18,254 bases of DNA from Promethearchaeota archaeon (GTDB lineage Archaea; Asgardarchaeota; Lokiarchaeia; Sigyniarchaeales; SOKP01), in the NCBI GenBank assembly GCA_030603385.1, contig JAUVXW010000048.1, positions 1 to 18,254 of the forward strand. Direction: 5' to 3'. Shown piece by piece: positions 1 through 9,300 of the stretch. The translations under genes were made by a program, and so were the position numbers. Each line of letters starts with the position of its first letter. Positions within the stretch are counted from its first letter, which is position 1. The notes under the pieces were generated by a model. The model saw only the letters and a program-made list of their open reading frames with translations. It made no database searches and was not told where the DNA came from.

Positions 1-273
1 ATAAAAATAAAAATAGTTGAAATCCCTTGGAGATCAAAGGAAGGGAGAGTAAAGGATATGATGATTAGAAAGGCTAAAACAATGGGAGCAAACGCAATTA
101 TAAATTTTATTAATAGGGGACAGGGATTTTGGGCCATAAGATCTACTTATTCAGGAGTCGCTGTTATTGCAGAGGATATCAGAAAATATTGGCAAAGCCA
201 AAAATGTAGTCATTGTGGTAAGCGGGTAAAGGTTACCGATTATTTCTGTGGATTTTGTGGTACTAAACAATAA
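1..273 (+). CDS. 3' part of a YbjQ-like (heavy-metal-binding) domain protein with a C-terminal zinc ribbon; 5' end lies outside the window
   Basis: Frame 1 is open from base 1 (IKIKIVEIPWRSKEGRVKDMM...). KAKTMGANAII...YSGVAV resembles the YbjQ-like motif (A..lGAnAi...~.GtAV). The C-terminus CSHC-x10-CGFC is a zinc ribbon. A T-run follows the TAA. Confidence 0.7.
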   Translation: MKIKIVEIPWRSKEGRVKDMMIRKAKTMGANAIINFINRGQGFWAIRSTYSGVAVIAEDIRKYWQSQKCSHCGKRVKVTDYFCGFCGTKQ

Positions 274-407
274 GTTTTTTCTTGCCTTGAATCATATAAC
301 GATAAGAATTTTAGAGGTTTATTATCCTATAGTTATTTTTACCTTTTGGTAGCGTTAACTACTTGAGACTTGTTTACACGATTTTTGAATTAAGTGGAAG
401 ATCATAG

Positions 408-506
408 AGAAAGAAAAAGAGGAGTAATTTTCATTACTCCCAGAGGGGCGATAAGTATTCGCAATATTAAAAAAAATGTGGTACGAAAAAAATAGCGATC
501 GTACCT
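408..506 (-). ncRNA. Candidate small structured RNA or terminator cluster (three hairpins)
   Basis: Inverted repeats: GGTACGA/TCGTACC (480-505), GCGA/TCGC (448-462) and GGAGTAAT/ATTACTCC (421-440). On the minus strand the last has a GAAA tetraloop followed by a U-rich tract. A minus-strand TTTAAATA box lies at ~522-529. Confidence 0.3.
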
Positions 507-595
507 GTATTCTAAATTAACTATTTAAATGCCACCCAAAATTTTTATCCATCTTTTTTTTGTTTTTATATTCGTATAATTAAATTCATTAACTT

Positions 596-1054
596 ATTCA
601 ATTAAAAAGAAGTGAAAATTGTGAAAGATTAGGAGAAAAAACTTTTTTTGGAGAGAAGATTACCACACCAGAAAAATTCATAACAGATTTATGTGAAAGA
701 ATAGATGGTGCGTATAGAATTGCGATGGAGGTAGAAAGTAAAACGGGACAGCTGGCGTGTATAATGGGCTTTTTAAGGGGGCTCAAAGGGAGGCTTAATC
801 GTGTGCATGATGGTTCATTCGATTCAAAACTTAGTATTGACCGCGGGTGTGAATTAAGATTTGAGGGAGAAGAGACTTTTTTCGCTGAAAAGATCAGCAC
901 TTCGGAAGAATTCATAACAGATTTTCGCAACAGAATTGATATTGTCTATGCAACCGCAATGGAAGAAGAGTAAGAAATGCCTCGATTAGCTTATTTGGTA
1001 AGCGCTTTAATTGGTCTTAAAAGTAGATTGAATCGAGTCTGTGGAACCATTTAA
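596..1054 (+). pseudogene. Two-domain tandem-repeat protein interrupted by an in-frame TAA at 971-973; the ORF-track entry 725..973 is only its middle part
   Basis: Copy 1: GEKTFFGEKITTPEKFITDLCERIDGAYRIAMEVESKTGQLACIMGFLRGLKGRLNRV. Copy 2: GEETFFAEKISTSEEFITDFRNRIDIVYATAMEEE*EMPRLAYLVSALIGLKSRLNRV. They align without gaps across the stop. There is no in-frame ATG/GTG/TTG before copy 1, only ATT at 596. Confidence 0.7.
632..1039 (+). repeat. Diverged direct repeat with a 234-bp period (632-805 vs 866-1039)
   Basis: Shared blocks include TTCATAACAGATTT at 677 and 911. The protein alignment is colinear, with a 78-codon period. Confidence 0.9.
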
Positions 1055-1159
1055 CTAAAATTTTTTTATATTTTTACCTTTATTCTGGTCTTATTTACTA
1101 GATCAATATATCAAGCGGTAGATGAATTAATAAAGGATCGTTCCTAATTTTGTGGTGAT

Positions 1160-1489
1160 ATGCCGAAATTCACAGAACGAACTGCTCTAAAAGAAATCGT
1201 AAAGTTTGCGAAACGAGAATTTCGGGAAAAGAAGCCTCAAAATGTACGAGTTTTAAGAGTTAAAGATGAGAAAATCCTCTCGATTGGCGGTCCAATTCCA
1301 GCCATAACGATAAAAGAATCGCAAATTCCTTATTGCATTGTAGCTTTAGATTATGGCGATATATATAGGCTCTATAACTTTAGGAAAGATGGGACTCTCA
1401 TCGGTGGGGAAAATGTTGAGAAGGCTTCTGATAAAATGAAGAAAATCGAAAAATCTACTAAAACTGAATATATCATTCCGAGAAAATAA
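1160..1489 (+). CDS. Hypothetical protein (109 aa, basic)
   Basis: Clean ORF with GGTGAT directly before the ATG. No motif recognised. Confidence 0.8.
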   Translation: MPKFTERTALKEIVKFAKREFREKKPQNVRVLRVKDEKILSIGGPIPAITIKESQIPYCIVALDYGDIYRLYNFRKDGTLIGGENVEKASDKMKKIEKSTKTEYIIPRK

Positions 1490-1664
1490 TTTACTCATTT
1501 TTCCAGAATAATAAAAATGTACTGTAACAAAATAGTAAAAAATTAAAAAAGTAAAAACACATTAATTCATAAAAAAGATTACAATCCTTTTGTGGTAGCA
1601 TCTATTTGAAGTTAAAAAAAAAATGAGGAATTAAAAGATTCCTTATTGGATGTACTACTATTGA

Positions 1665-1682
1665 TTTAAATATAAGAGGTGA
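1665..1682 (+). promoter_or_regulatory. Archaeal TATA box (TTTAAATA) and Shine-Dalgarno-like GAGGTGA upstream of ATG 1691
   Basis: TTTAAATA at 1665-1672 and GAGGTGA at 1676-1682. The GTG at 1679 used by the ORF track is part of this motif. Confidence 0.55.
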
Positions 1683-1690
1683 AATACAAA

Positions 1691-4099
1691 ATGAGGCGAA
1701 AGATTATCTTTATCCTATTTATTCTTAGCATGATGACGTTATTCTCTTTTTGTGAATTAGAAAAAGAGTATTTTCATAGTATAGATATTTTCCCCAATTT
1801 ATCTATCCTCCCAGAACTTGACTGGTGGGAAACATGGGATAATGGTGATGGAGATAAAGCATTTGATATTGCTATTGACTCTGAAGATAATATCTTTGTT
1901 GTGGGCGAGACTGATGTTGGGAATGTTTATGATATTGTTTTACTAAAATATAATTCTTCAGGTTCTTTAATATGGAATAAAACATGGGATAGTTATGATT
2001 ATGAAAGACCATATGCTATCGCGCTTGATACTTCAGGTAATATTTATGTAACAGGAAAATCTGGACCGAGTACTAGCCTTTATGATGTCTTTTTAGCAAA
2101 GTTTAATAATGAAGGGCAAGTTCAATGGAGTCGCTATTGGGGTGGTCCTGATCTTGATTATGGATATGATGTTGCTATAGATTCAGAGGGTAATATATTT
2201 GTAACTGGACTTACTTACACGCCTACTTCATCTGATATTTGCCTCTTAAAATATGATAATATGGGAAATTACCAATGGAATAGAACTTTTGGTGATATAA
2301 CTCAGTTTGATTCTGGTTATGGGTTGTCTATTAATAACAATACTGATGATATCTATCTTGTAGGTCAAATAGGTATATATGATGGTGGTGGTGATGTATT
2401 TATATCAAAATTCAATAATCAAGGGATTCAGCAGTGGAATGCTTCATGGGGTGCTGGTATAAATCACCAAGTAGCGACGGATGTTGTGTTTTATTCATAT
2501 GATAGTATTTATATCACAGGGGAAGATGCCGGCGATTCTCTGGTGATGAAATATAATGATACAGGGGATTTACAATGGTCTAAGACTTGGGGTGGGGTGT
2601 ATACCGAATGCGGTCGGAGATTGGTTGTAGATAATGATGAAAATATTTTTATTACAGGTTATTCTGGAGTTGACTATAGTTATGATATTTTTATATTAAA
2701 GTATAATATTGCTGGAATTCTACAATGGGAGAAAGTATGGTATTATACTCACAGGGCAGAGGGAGAAGGCATTGCTTTAGATTCAGAAGAAAATGTATAT
2801 GTTGTAGGATGGACTACTAGCCCTTGGGATGCGGTCATTTTAAAATACATTCAGTATCCACCTGGAGATTTTCTTCTTACTACTAACGCTTCAATTCCCC
2901 ACCTTGATGATAAATTTATTCTAACTTGGAATCCTTCGGAACGTGCAAAATCTTATTCAGTATATAAATATGACAAGTATATTACCTCGATTAATGATAG
3001 TGTTATTCTACTCAAAGACAATATTGTTGAAAATAATTATTTAGTTTCGAATTTAACAAGAGGAGATTGGTTTTTTATAGTAGTCGCTTTCAATCCGCTA
3101 GGTAATATCAGTTCAGACTGTATTAATATCTCAATTGTATTACCCCTTGATATAATTATTAATGATCCAATATCGGATGAATTATTTGGAAATACTCCAC
3201 CCAATTTCAATATCACAATTATTGGGAGATATAAAAATACTACGTGGTATACTCTTGATAGTGGAAGCACAAATTGTACCTTTAAAGAAACTGATGGTAT
3301 GATAAATCAATCAATATGGGACGACCAACCAGAAGGGATTGCCACAATTAGGTTTTATGCAAATAATAGTTTTAGTAATATATCATATAATGAAATTTCA
3401 GTTAGAAAAGATACACTTACCCCTAATATATCAATTTCAGATCCTTTACTTAATGAATTATTTGGAAATGATCCTCCTTTCTATATTATCTCAATAGATG
3501 AGATAAATTTGGATATATGGGGCTATACTTTTGATAACATTACTAGTTATACAATTACTAATTTTACAGGATACTTTAATCTAACTGCTTGGCAAGGTCT
3601 TGATAATGGTACAGTATTAATAACATTCTTTGCTATCGATAAAGCAGGTAATATGAATTCAAGCTATGTAGTTGTCAGAAAAGATTCTAATAATCCAGAC
3701 ATTATAATTCTTTCTCCAGACCCAGGCGAAATTTTTGGAGACATGTCCCCAGAGTTCAATATATCTATATTTGAAGATGACTTAATAGTCTCTACGTGGT
3801 ATACCGTGGAAGGGAGCACAACTCAATATCCCTTCACAGGAGTAACTGGAACAATTAGTCAAGAAGTATGGGAAAACTTAGTTGAAGGACAGATTACCAT
3901 AACCTTCTATGCCCAAGATCGAGCGGGAAATATAGGGAACGAAAGTATAATTGTTATAAAATCTATTCCAGCACCACCGACCGGCATTTCTGGAATTATT
4001 CCCGGAATAATAGGTAGTGTATCTGCCATTCTTGTAATTTCTCTAATAATATGGGCAATATTTAACCAAAGAAAAAGAAAAAAATCAGATTTTTTTTAA
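1691..4099 (+). CDS. Cell-surface glycoprotein: signal/TM, 7-bladed SBBP beta-propeller, FN3-like domain, three Ig-like repeats, C-terminal TM anchor (Loki-CTERM-like)
   Basis: Seven repeats of W/F-G-x-D-x-I-A-I-D-S-x-x-N-I-Y-V-T-G...L-K-Y. Three I.I..P...E.FG..P.F.I.I repeats, two ending in A.D.AGN. Many NxS/T sequons. C-terminal ISG/IPG, hydrophobic helix, then RKRKK. Confidence 0.88.
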   Translation: MRRKIIFILFILSMMTLFSFCELEKEYFHSIDIFPNLSILPELDWWETWDNGDGDKAFDIAIDSEDNIFVVGETDVGNVYDIVLLKYNSSGSLIWNKTWDSYDYERPYAIALDTSGNIYVTGKSGPSTSLYDVFLAKFNNEGQVQWSRYWGGPDLDYGYDVAIDSEGNIFVTGLTYTPTSSDICLLKYDNMGNYQWNRTFGDITQFDSGYGLSINNNTDDIYLVGQIGIYDGGGDVFISKFNNQGIQQWNASWGAGINHQVATDVVFYSYDSIYITGEDAGDSLVMKYNDTGDLQWSKTWGGVYTECGRRLVVDNDENIFITGYSGVDYSYDIFILKYNIAGILQWEKVWYYTHRAEGEGIALDSEENVYVVGWTTSPWDAVILKYIQYPPGDFLLTTNASIPHLDDKFILTWNPSERAKSYSVYKYDKYITSINDSVILLKDNIVENNYLVSNLTRGDWFFIVVAFNPLGNISSDCINISIVLPLDIIINDPISDELFGNTPPNFNITIIGRYKNTTWYTLDSGSTNCTFKETDGMINQSIWDDQPEGIATIRFYANNSFSNISYNEISVRKDTLTPNISISDPLLNELFGNDPPFYIISIDEINLDIWGYTFDNITSYTITNFTGYFNLTAWQGLDNGTVLITFFAIDKAGNMNSSYVVVRKDSNNPDIIILSPDPGEIFGDMSPEFNISIFEDDLIVSTWYTVEGSTTQYPFTGVTGTISQEVWENLVEGQITITFYAQDRAGNIGNESIIVIKSIPAPPTGISGIIPGIIGSVSAILVISLIIWAIFNQRKRKKSDFF

Positions 4100-4142
4100 A
4101 AATAGAAGTGATTAATAATTAATATACACCCCATCTATGAGC

Positions 4143-6113
4143 CTATTGATAGAGTTCTTGAATAGCTTCTTCAAACTCCATATATTCCATGAACTCCACC
4201 CACACTTTCACCATTCTTTCCCGTGATGCAGAGAGAATAAAAACTCCATCGTTAGAAATTGCCAAGTGATTCAACTCCTCATAATATCCGTGAAAATCTT
4301 GTGTAATTGGCAGACTCTGTATAATCTCTCCGTCTGAAACCCTCCAAATAAATAACATACCTCCATCTTTCAGAGAAGGACCTTGTAGACCGGTGACAAC
4401 AAATTCTTGGTCAGGAGTCAAAACAAAAGTAACGATCCCATATCTTGCTTTCGGGTCTTTTGATTTACAAAATTCCATCTCTCTGAGTACATTCCCCGTA
4501 TCGATATCCCAAACCTTAATTGTTTCGTCATATGAGGCACTTATTATTTGCCCATCGTCTGTAATTGCAACATCAATGATCGCATGTTCATGTCCTACTA
4601 ATGTGGTGATAAGTCTTCCTTTTATGGTGTCCCAGACGTTCACAGTCTTATCAAATGCCCCGCTTACTAAATAATCTCCATTAGATGAAAATGAAAGTGA
4701 AGTAATTGAACCCCAGTGAGAACCCTTTGTCGTTTTTAATTGCCCTTTTCTTAAATCCCAGATTTTTATGGCACATTCATTCATATCATAGTCACTTGAA
4801 CCGCTAGCTAAGTAATGACCTTCAGGATCAAACGCCAAGGCATTTACAGAATCTTTATGGCCTTTAAAGGAATGTAGTAATGTACCTGTTTCATAATCCC
4901 ACACCTTCACGAAAGTATCCGAAGAACTTGCTACATATTTGCCATCAAGCGAAATTGCTATAGTAGATACTGACTGCCCTTTGTGGTCTCCGAATGCTCG
5001 AATCAATTCACCGTTGAATATACCAAATACCTTAAGTTTACCATCATTCGAACCCCTTATAAAATATTGTCTATCAGGTGTTATTACCACTGGACTGTAT
5101 TCACTTTGATCTAATTTATGGCTAACAACTTCTACATACACCCTATTATTGGTTAAAAAATCTAAAAATTCTTCCTTTATCCGAGCCAAAAAAGGAGCTC
5201 CATATTTTGAAGCCCTATAATCCTCAATATTTAGTAATAACAGATTAAGGTTAAGAGTGCTATAATCTATTTCATTTAAAATTACGTCAAATTCTTCTGG
5301 AGTTAAATAATCTAAATATTTTTCTTTGAAAAGATATCTCATGACAGGGATGTATCCCCTAACAAATCTTTGGGCTATTTCCTCTTTAAAGACCTTACTT
5401 GCCTTTACATCACCAACTTCGGTTAATTTTTTAAGCAGAGGAAATGATAAGTTACTATGAAGGAGTCGAGTGTCATACTCGTTTTCCGCCCATGCTTGTA
5501 AGTTAGAACAATGTGCCCAGAATTCCTGCTCTTTTGTGATCCCCAAATCTTCAGGAGTAAATTGTGTTTCTAAATTATTGTTATAGAGTAACTCAGCCTC
5601 ATCTATAGAATCGATCTCTTCTTGATTTTCATGTTTTTGGGGATCAATTATGAGAAGATAACGACACTGGTTAAAAGGTTCATTATCAACATAGATTTGG
5701 ATGAAATCCTCAATTTTCTTTAAAGAGATATGGCTATTAATGGAAAACTCAAGATTAGAGGAATCTACTGGATCATCCCAATCCTCAAAACTGTCATTTT
5801 TGAGAGCTTGTATTTCTTCTTCAAAAGTATGCTCTTCTTCAAACCCTTCTTTTAACGCAACCTTCTCATCATACGAGCAAAATTGAGCATAATCATCGTC
5901 AACACCACCAATGATATCTGGATCAAACTCAATCCCTTCTTCTTTCCAACGCCTCATCATCTCTGCTAATCCTTCATAGGTCTTTATAAAATCGTCTATA
6001 CTACCAGCTTTCGAAGTAATCCACTTATTCCTCCATATCGTGGTGAACTTTTTCCCTGAACAGGGGGTTGAAGAATCTGCCTCATGGTCTTTATTTTCTA
6101 CTTCTTCTTCCAT
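4143..6113 (-). CDS. WD40-repeat protein with an N-terminal acidic domain and a Lokiarchaeia-type FWxHCSNLQAW domain
   Basis: Seven WD40 blades, e.g. GHKDSVNALAF...IKIWD, SHWGSITSLSFS...VNVWD, GHEHAIIDVAI...IKVWD. The middle block IYVDNEPFNQCRYLL...IDSIDEA...QEFWAHCSNLQAWAENEYDTRLLHSNLSFPLLKKL is one I recall from Lokiarchaeia LRR proteins. Confidence 0.9.
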   Translation of the reverse strand: MEEEVENKDHEADSSTPCSGKKFTTIWRNKWITSKAGSIDDFIKTYEGLAEMMRRWKEEGIEFDPDIIGGVDDDYAQFCSYDEKVALKEGFEEEHTFEEEIQALKNDSFEDWDDPVDSSNLEFSINSHISLKKIEDFIQIYVDNEPFNQCRYLLIIDPQKHENQEEIDSIDEAELLYNNNLETQFTPEDLGITKEQEFWAHCSNLQAWAENEYDTRLLHSNLSFPLLKKLTEVGDVKASKVFKEEIAQRFVRGYIPVMRYLFKEKYLDYLTPEEFDVILNEIDYSTLNLNLLLLNIEDYRASKYGAPFLARIKEEFLDFLTNNRVYVEVVSHKLDQSEYSPVVITPDRQYFIRGSNDGKLKVFGIFNGELIRAFGDHKGQSVSTIAISLDGKYVASSSDTFVKVWDYETGTLLHSFKGHKDSVNALAFDPEGHYLASGSSDYDMNECAIKIWDLRKGQLKTTKGSHWGSITSLSFSSNGDYLVSGAFDKTVNVWDTIKGRLITTLVGHEHAIIDVAITDDGQIISASYDETIKVWDIDTGNVLREMEFCKSKDPKARYGIVTFVLTPDQEFVVTGLQGPSLKDGGMLFIWRVSDGEIIQSLPITQDFHGYYEELNHLAISNDGVFILSASRERMVKVWVEFMEYMEFEEAIQELYQ

Positions 6114-6177
6114 ATTACAACCTTAGTTGATTTTTTTCTAGGCTAATATGTTCAAAATATTTAAAAAGAAAAAAAAA

Positions 6178-6247
6178 TCAATATAGAACTCTATGTTGTT
6201 TTAGCTTGTTGGACTTTGAAATATACTCAGAACATGTCTTAAAGCCT
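6178..6247 (-). repeat. Imperfect 70-bp direct repeat, copy A: orphan 3' end (GFKTCSEYISKSNKLKQHRVLY*) of the small Cys-rich gene at 11167-11337
   Basis: 60/70 identical to 11167-11236 with no gaps. An in-frame TAA precedes it, there is no start codon, and a long T-run follows it on the minus strand. Confidence 0.9.
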
Positions 6248-6322
6248 TATGACAAAAAAGTTAAATATAATGAAGACGATATTGTCACGAATCCAAAAAA
6301 AATTCCAAATTGTGATAAAATA

Positions 6323-9300
6323 ATGAAAAAATTTAAGAAAATTATTTTAACAGTTCTTATAATTCTAATGTTTTTCGGTAGTACATTTAACTCTTTATTT
6401 TACAATAGTTTTGAAAATAAAACTACGACTAAGATTAATGAAAATTTATTGAAATCCTCGAGCAAAGTTGAGACCTCCTTAATTTTATTAGATAATCCTG
6501 GCAAGATGCTTAGTTGGAACCAGACAGGAACAATCTCAGCAATGTTAATTGTGAAAGAAGATCAAGAGCCTATCCCACTAGAACATTTAGAATTATATGT
6601 TTTTATTGACGAAGAATTGATCTTATTCAGCGGAGGGCTTACAAATGAACTTGGAGTCGTTAATTTTACTTTTTTTGTGGAGCTTGATAACGGCGATTAT
6701 CCATATGAAGTTAAATTTGAGTGTAATTCGGTTTTTACATCTACCAAAGCAGAATCTTATTTTACAGTAATAAATGATTACATTAAACCTTATATTTATT
6801 TTAATATGTATAGTTGCACTGATGCGGGAATAGTATTTGACTACACAATAGGTATTGATCTATGGCCGACAGTTATAGGGGGACTTGAATATGCGTATAT
6901 AGAGCTTCTTGCTCGTAAACCTAATACATATAGTATTGAAGTTATACGATTTCGTCATGATTGGCAAGGAAAACATGGAGAATATAAATCAGGACTGATT
7001 ACCTGTACATCGGCTGCATCGGGAAGTATAGGCCTTGGATATCTACTTCAAAACGGTTGGACTACAATCGATGTCCGTATTGAAGCAGAAGCAGAGATGT
7101 TACTTCCAGTACCTTGGCCTCCATTTGTATGGATTTTTGAAGAATCAGAAACTTATTCTAATTCATTTAATCTTATAGACGATGATGATGATGCTCCGAT
7201 TTTTGTTGACAATTCACATGATCCTTCAATAAGTATTCAATATGAAGGAGATTACAACATAAACTTAACATATAAGGACCAATCAGGCTGGGATGCCTAT
7301 ATTCAATATGGTTTCATAAACGAGACGTGTAATGTTATCTATGACGATTATATAGGAGGAACAGGCAATACAAACCTAACAACAATAACATATAGTATTC
7401 CAAAAACCATCTGGGGCTTGTTTCCGGGTACGACAATTAGATATAGGACGAAAGCAATTGATCGCGATATGGATAGAGGAGGAGGGAATAAAGACCTTAG
7501 TGCTAGTAGTTGGACAAATTGGATGGACGCAGGACATATCTTTAAAAGTTTTGGGGGTGCACTAGAAAAAGTTGAAACATGGATTTATTTAGATGATAAA
7601 TGGCAAATCTGGTCAATCTCACCTAATAAACCACCACCTTACAACACATTTTATCTTAGGGACATAAATTTTTTCACATTATCCATTGTCAATCCATTAA
7701 ATGATATTATAACAGTGTCCAATGCATTATTATCATTTTCTTGCCCTAAATTTTTATCAGGACCATCAGCGCCAAGTCCTATAGGTATTATTATCTCAGA
7801 TCCTATACATGAAAAAGAAAGACTTAGTATAGTAAATAATCAACCCTTTAATCCTTCGCATTTTATCATGGATGGATGGAGCTCGACAAATATAACTATT
7901 GAATTCGCTCTTGATTACTATATCGGAATTGACAGTGATAATGTTTTTCATTTTTCAAAGTCATATATATATACAATAATAAGACCACCTCAACCTACAG
8001 TCAATTTTATTGGATTTAGTGGTCCCCTCTTTTATAAGTCGGGTGGAAAAGGGTCTGTAATTGACGCTAAATTCAACATTAAAAATAACGCCCGGGCACC
8101 AATACAAGTTACTCAAAACTACCAATTTTCTAACGATGTAGGATCAGAACTTAGGGAGAAATTAACCATTAGTCAACAATTTAAAGCAGATGTTTTAATT
8201 AAACCTGATGAAAGCGAAGAATTGAGTTTTAAAATGAATGTACCGCTAGGAGGAACAAGATATTTTTGGGATGCTAGTATTATTATATTAAAGGGTATAA
8301 AATATATTCTTAAAATCTTCGGTGCCGCACTCGATGTAAGGCTCATTCAAGTTCTCAAAACAGTAGAAGAATTGTCTAAAACAGGATTAAAAAATTTAGC
8401 CTTAGCCTCTGGAATAATTAATACGTTGTTAGCAGTTTATAATGGTATTGTCCTTACCATTATTGCGGGAGTATCCAGACTAGCTGATTTACAAAGAAAT
8501 TATGATTTTGTTTCCGAAGTTACTTGGAAATATATCCATAATGGAGGCTCTGATGATACTGCTCACAACGTATTGGGATATGGTAATATCAAACCATCAA
8601 TTTATACTTTGAATTTAGTTCCATCTGCTGAACAGGAAGCCTTTTTTTGGGCGGGTTTCGGGCTAAAGATTGCTTTAGGTGTTTCATATGGGATTGCGGC
8701 AGCAATACATTTTTCTGCCTATGCAGGAGGACCTTTAGCCCCATTGATTAAAGCTGCTGCAGTCATATCGACATTAGTTTGTCTTGCTATGGAGTTTCTT
8801 TCTGATTGGTTTTGGTGGGAGGCAAACGATGATGTTCCATTAAACGACAATTACGATGAAACATATGTTCCAGAGTATTCCTCACTTAATATTTCGGATT
8901 ACAATGTAGGAAATGAATTTGAAGAAACTATTATTAACCTTGGAAATACAACTCTTCGAATGACAGAAGATTTAAGGGCATTGAACGAAACTAAATCAAG
9001 AAAAGAATCTGCTATAATAGCTGGAGATTACAATGCCGTTTTAATGCAAAATGAGGCTTTAATGGACTATTCTGGAAGAGTCGCTGACGATTTTAAAGAT
9101 TTAAATAACGACTTAGAATTGCTTAGTTATCATATGAAAGAAAATTCTCCTGAGATTAAGGAATCGATATATAAATTAGAATCTAATTTTTCTCAATCGG
9201 GTTTATCTGAAGAAGAAATTTCATTGTTGCAATCTAATGGATTTAATCAAACTGAAATCCAGAGCCTAAATGCAACTTTGGTAAATGTTACAAAATCAAA

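Noticed and set aside
598-930. Minus-strand 110-aa ORF
   Set aside because: It is the antisense shadow of the tandem-domain gene; its internal repeat mirrors the + strand duplication.
3037-5886. ORFs 3037..3270 (-), 4393..4674 (+) and 5701..5886 (+)
   Set aside because: Each is fully nested antisense to a well-supported gene and has no motif.
6206-6322. TTG start and 39-aa N-terminal extension of the large ORF
   Set aside because: It lies antisense within the repeat remnant; ATG 6323 has an RBS-like motif and gives a proper signal peptide.
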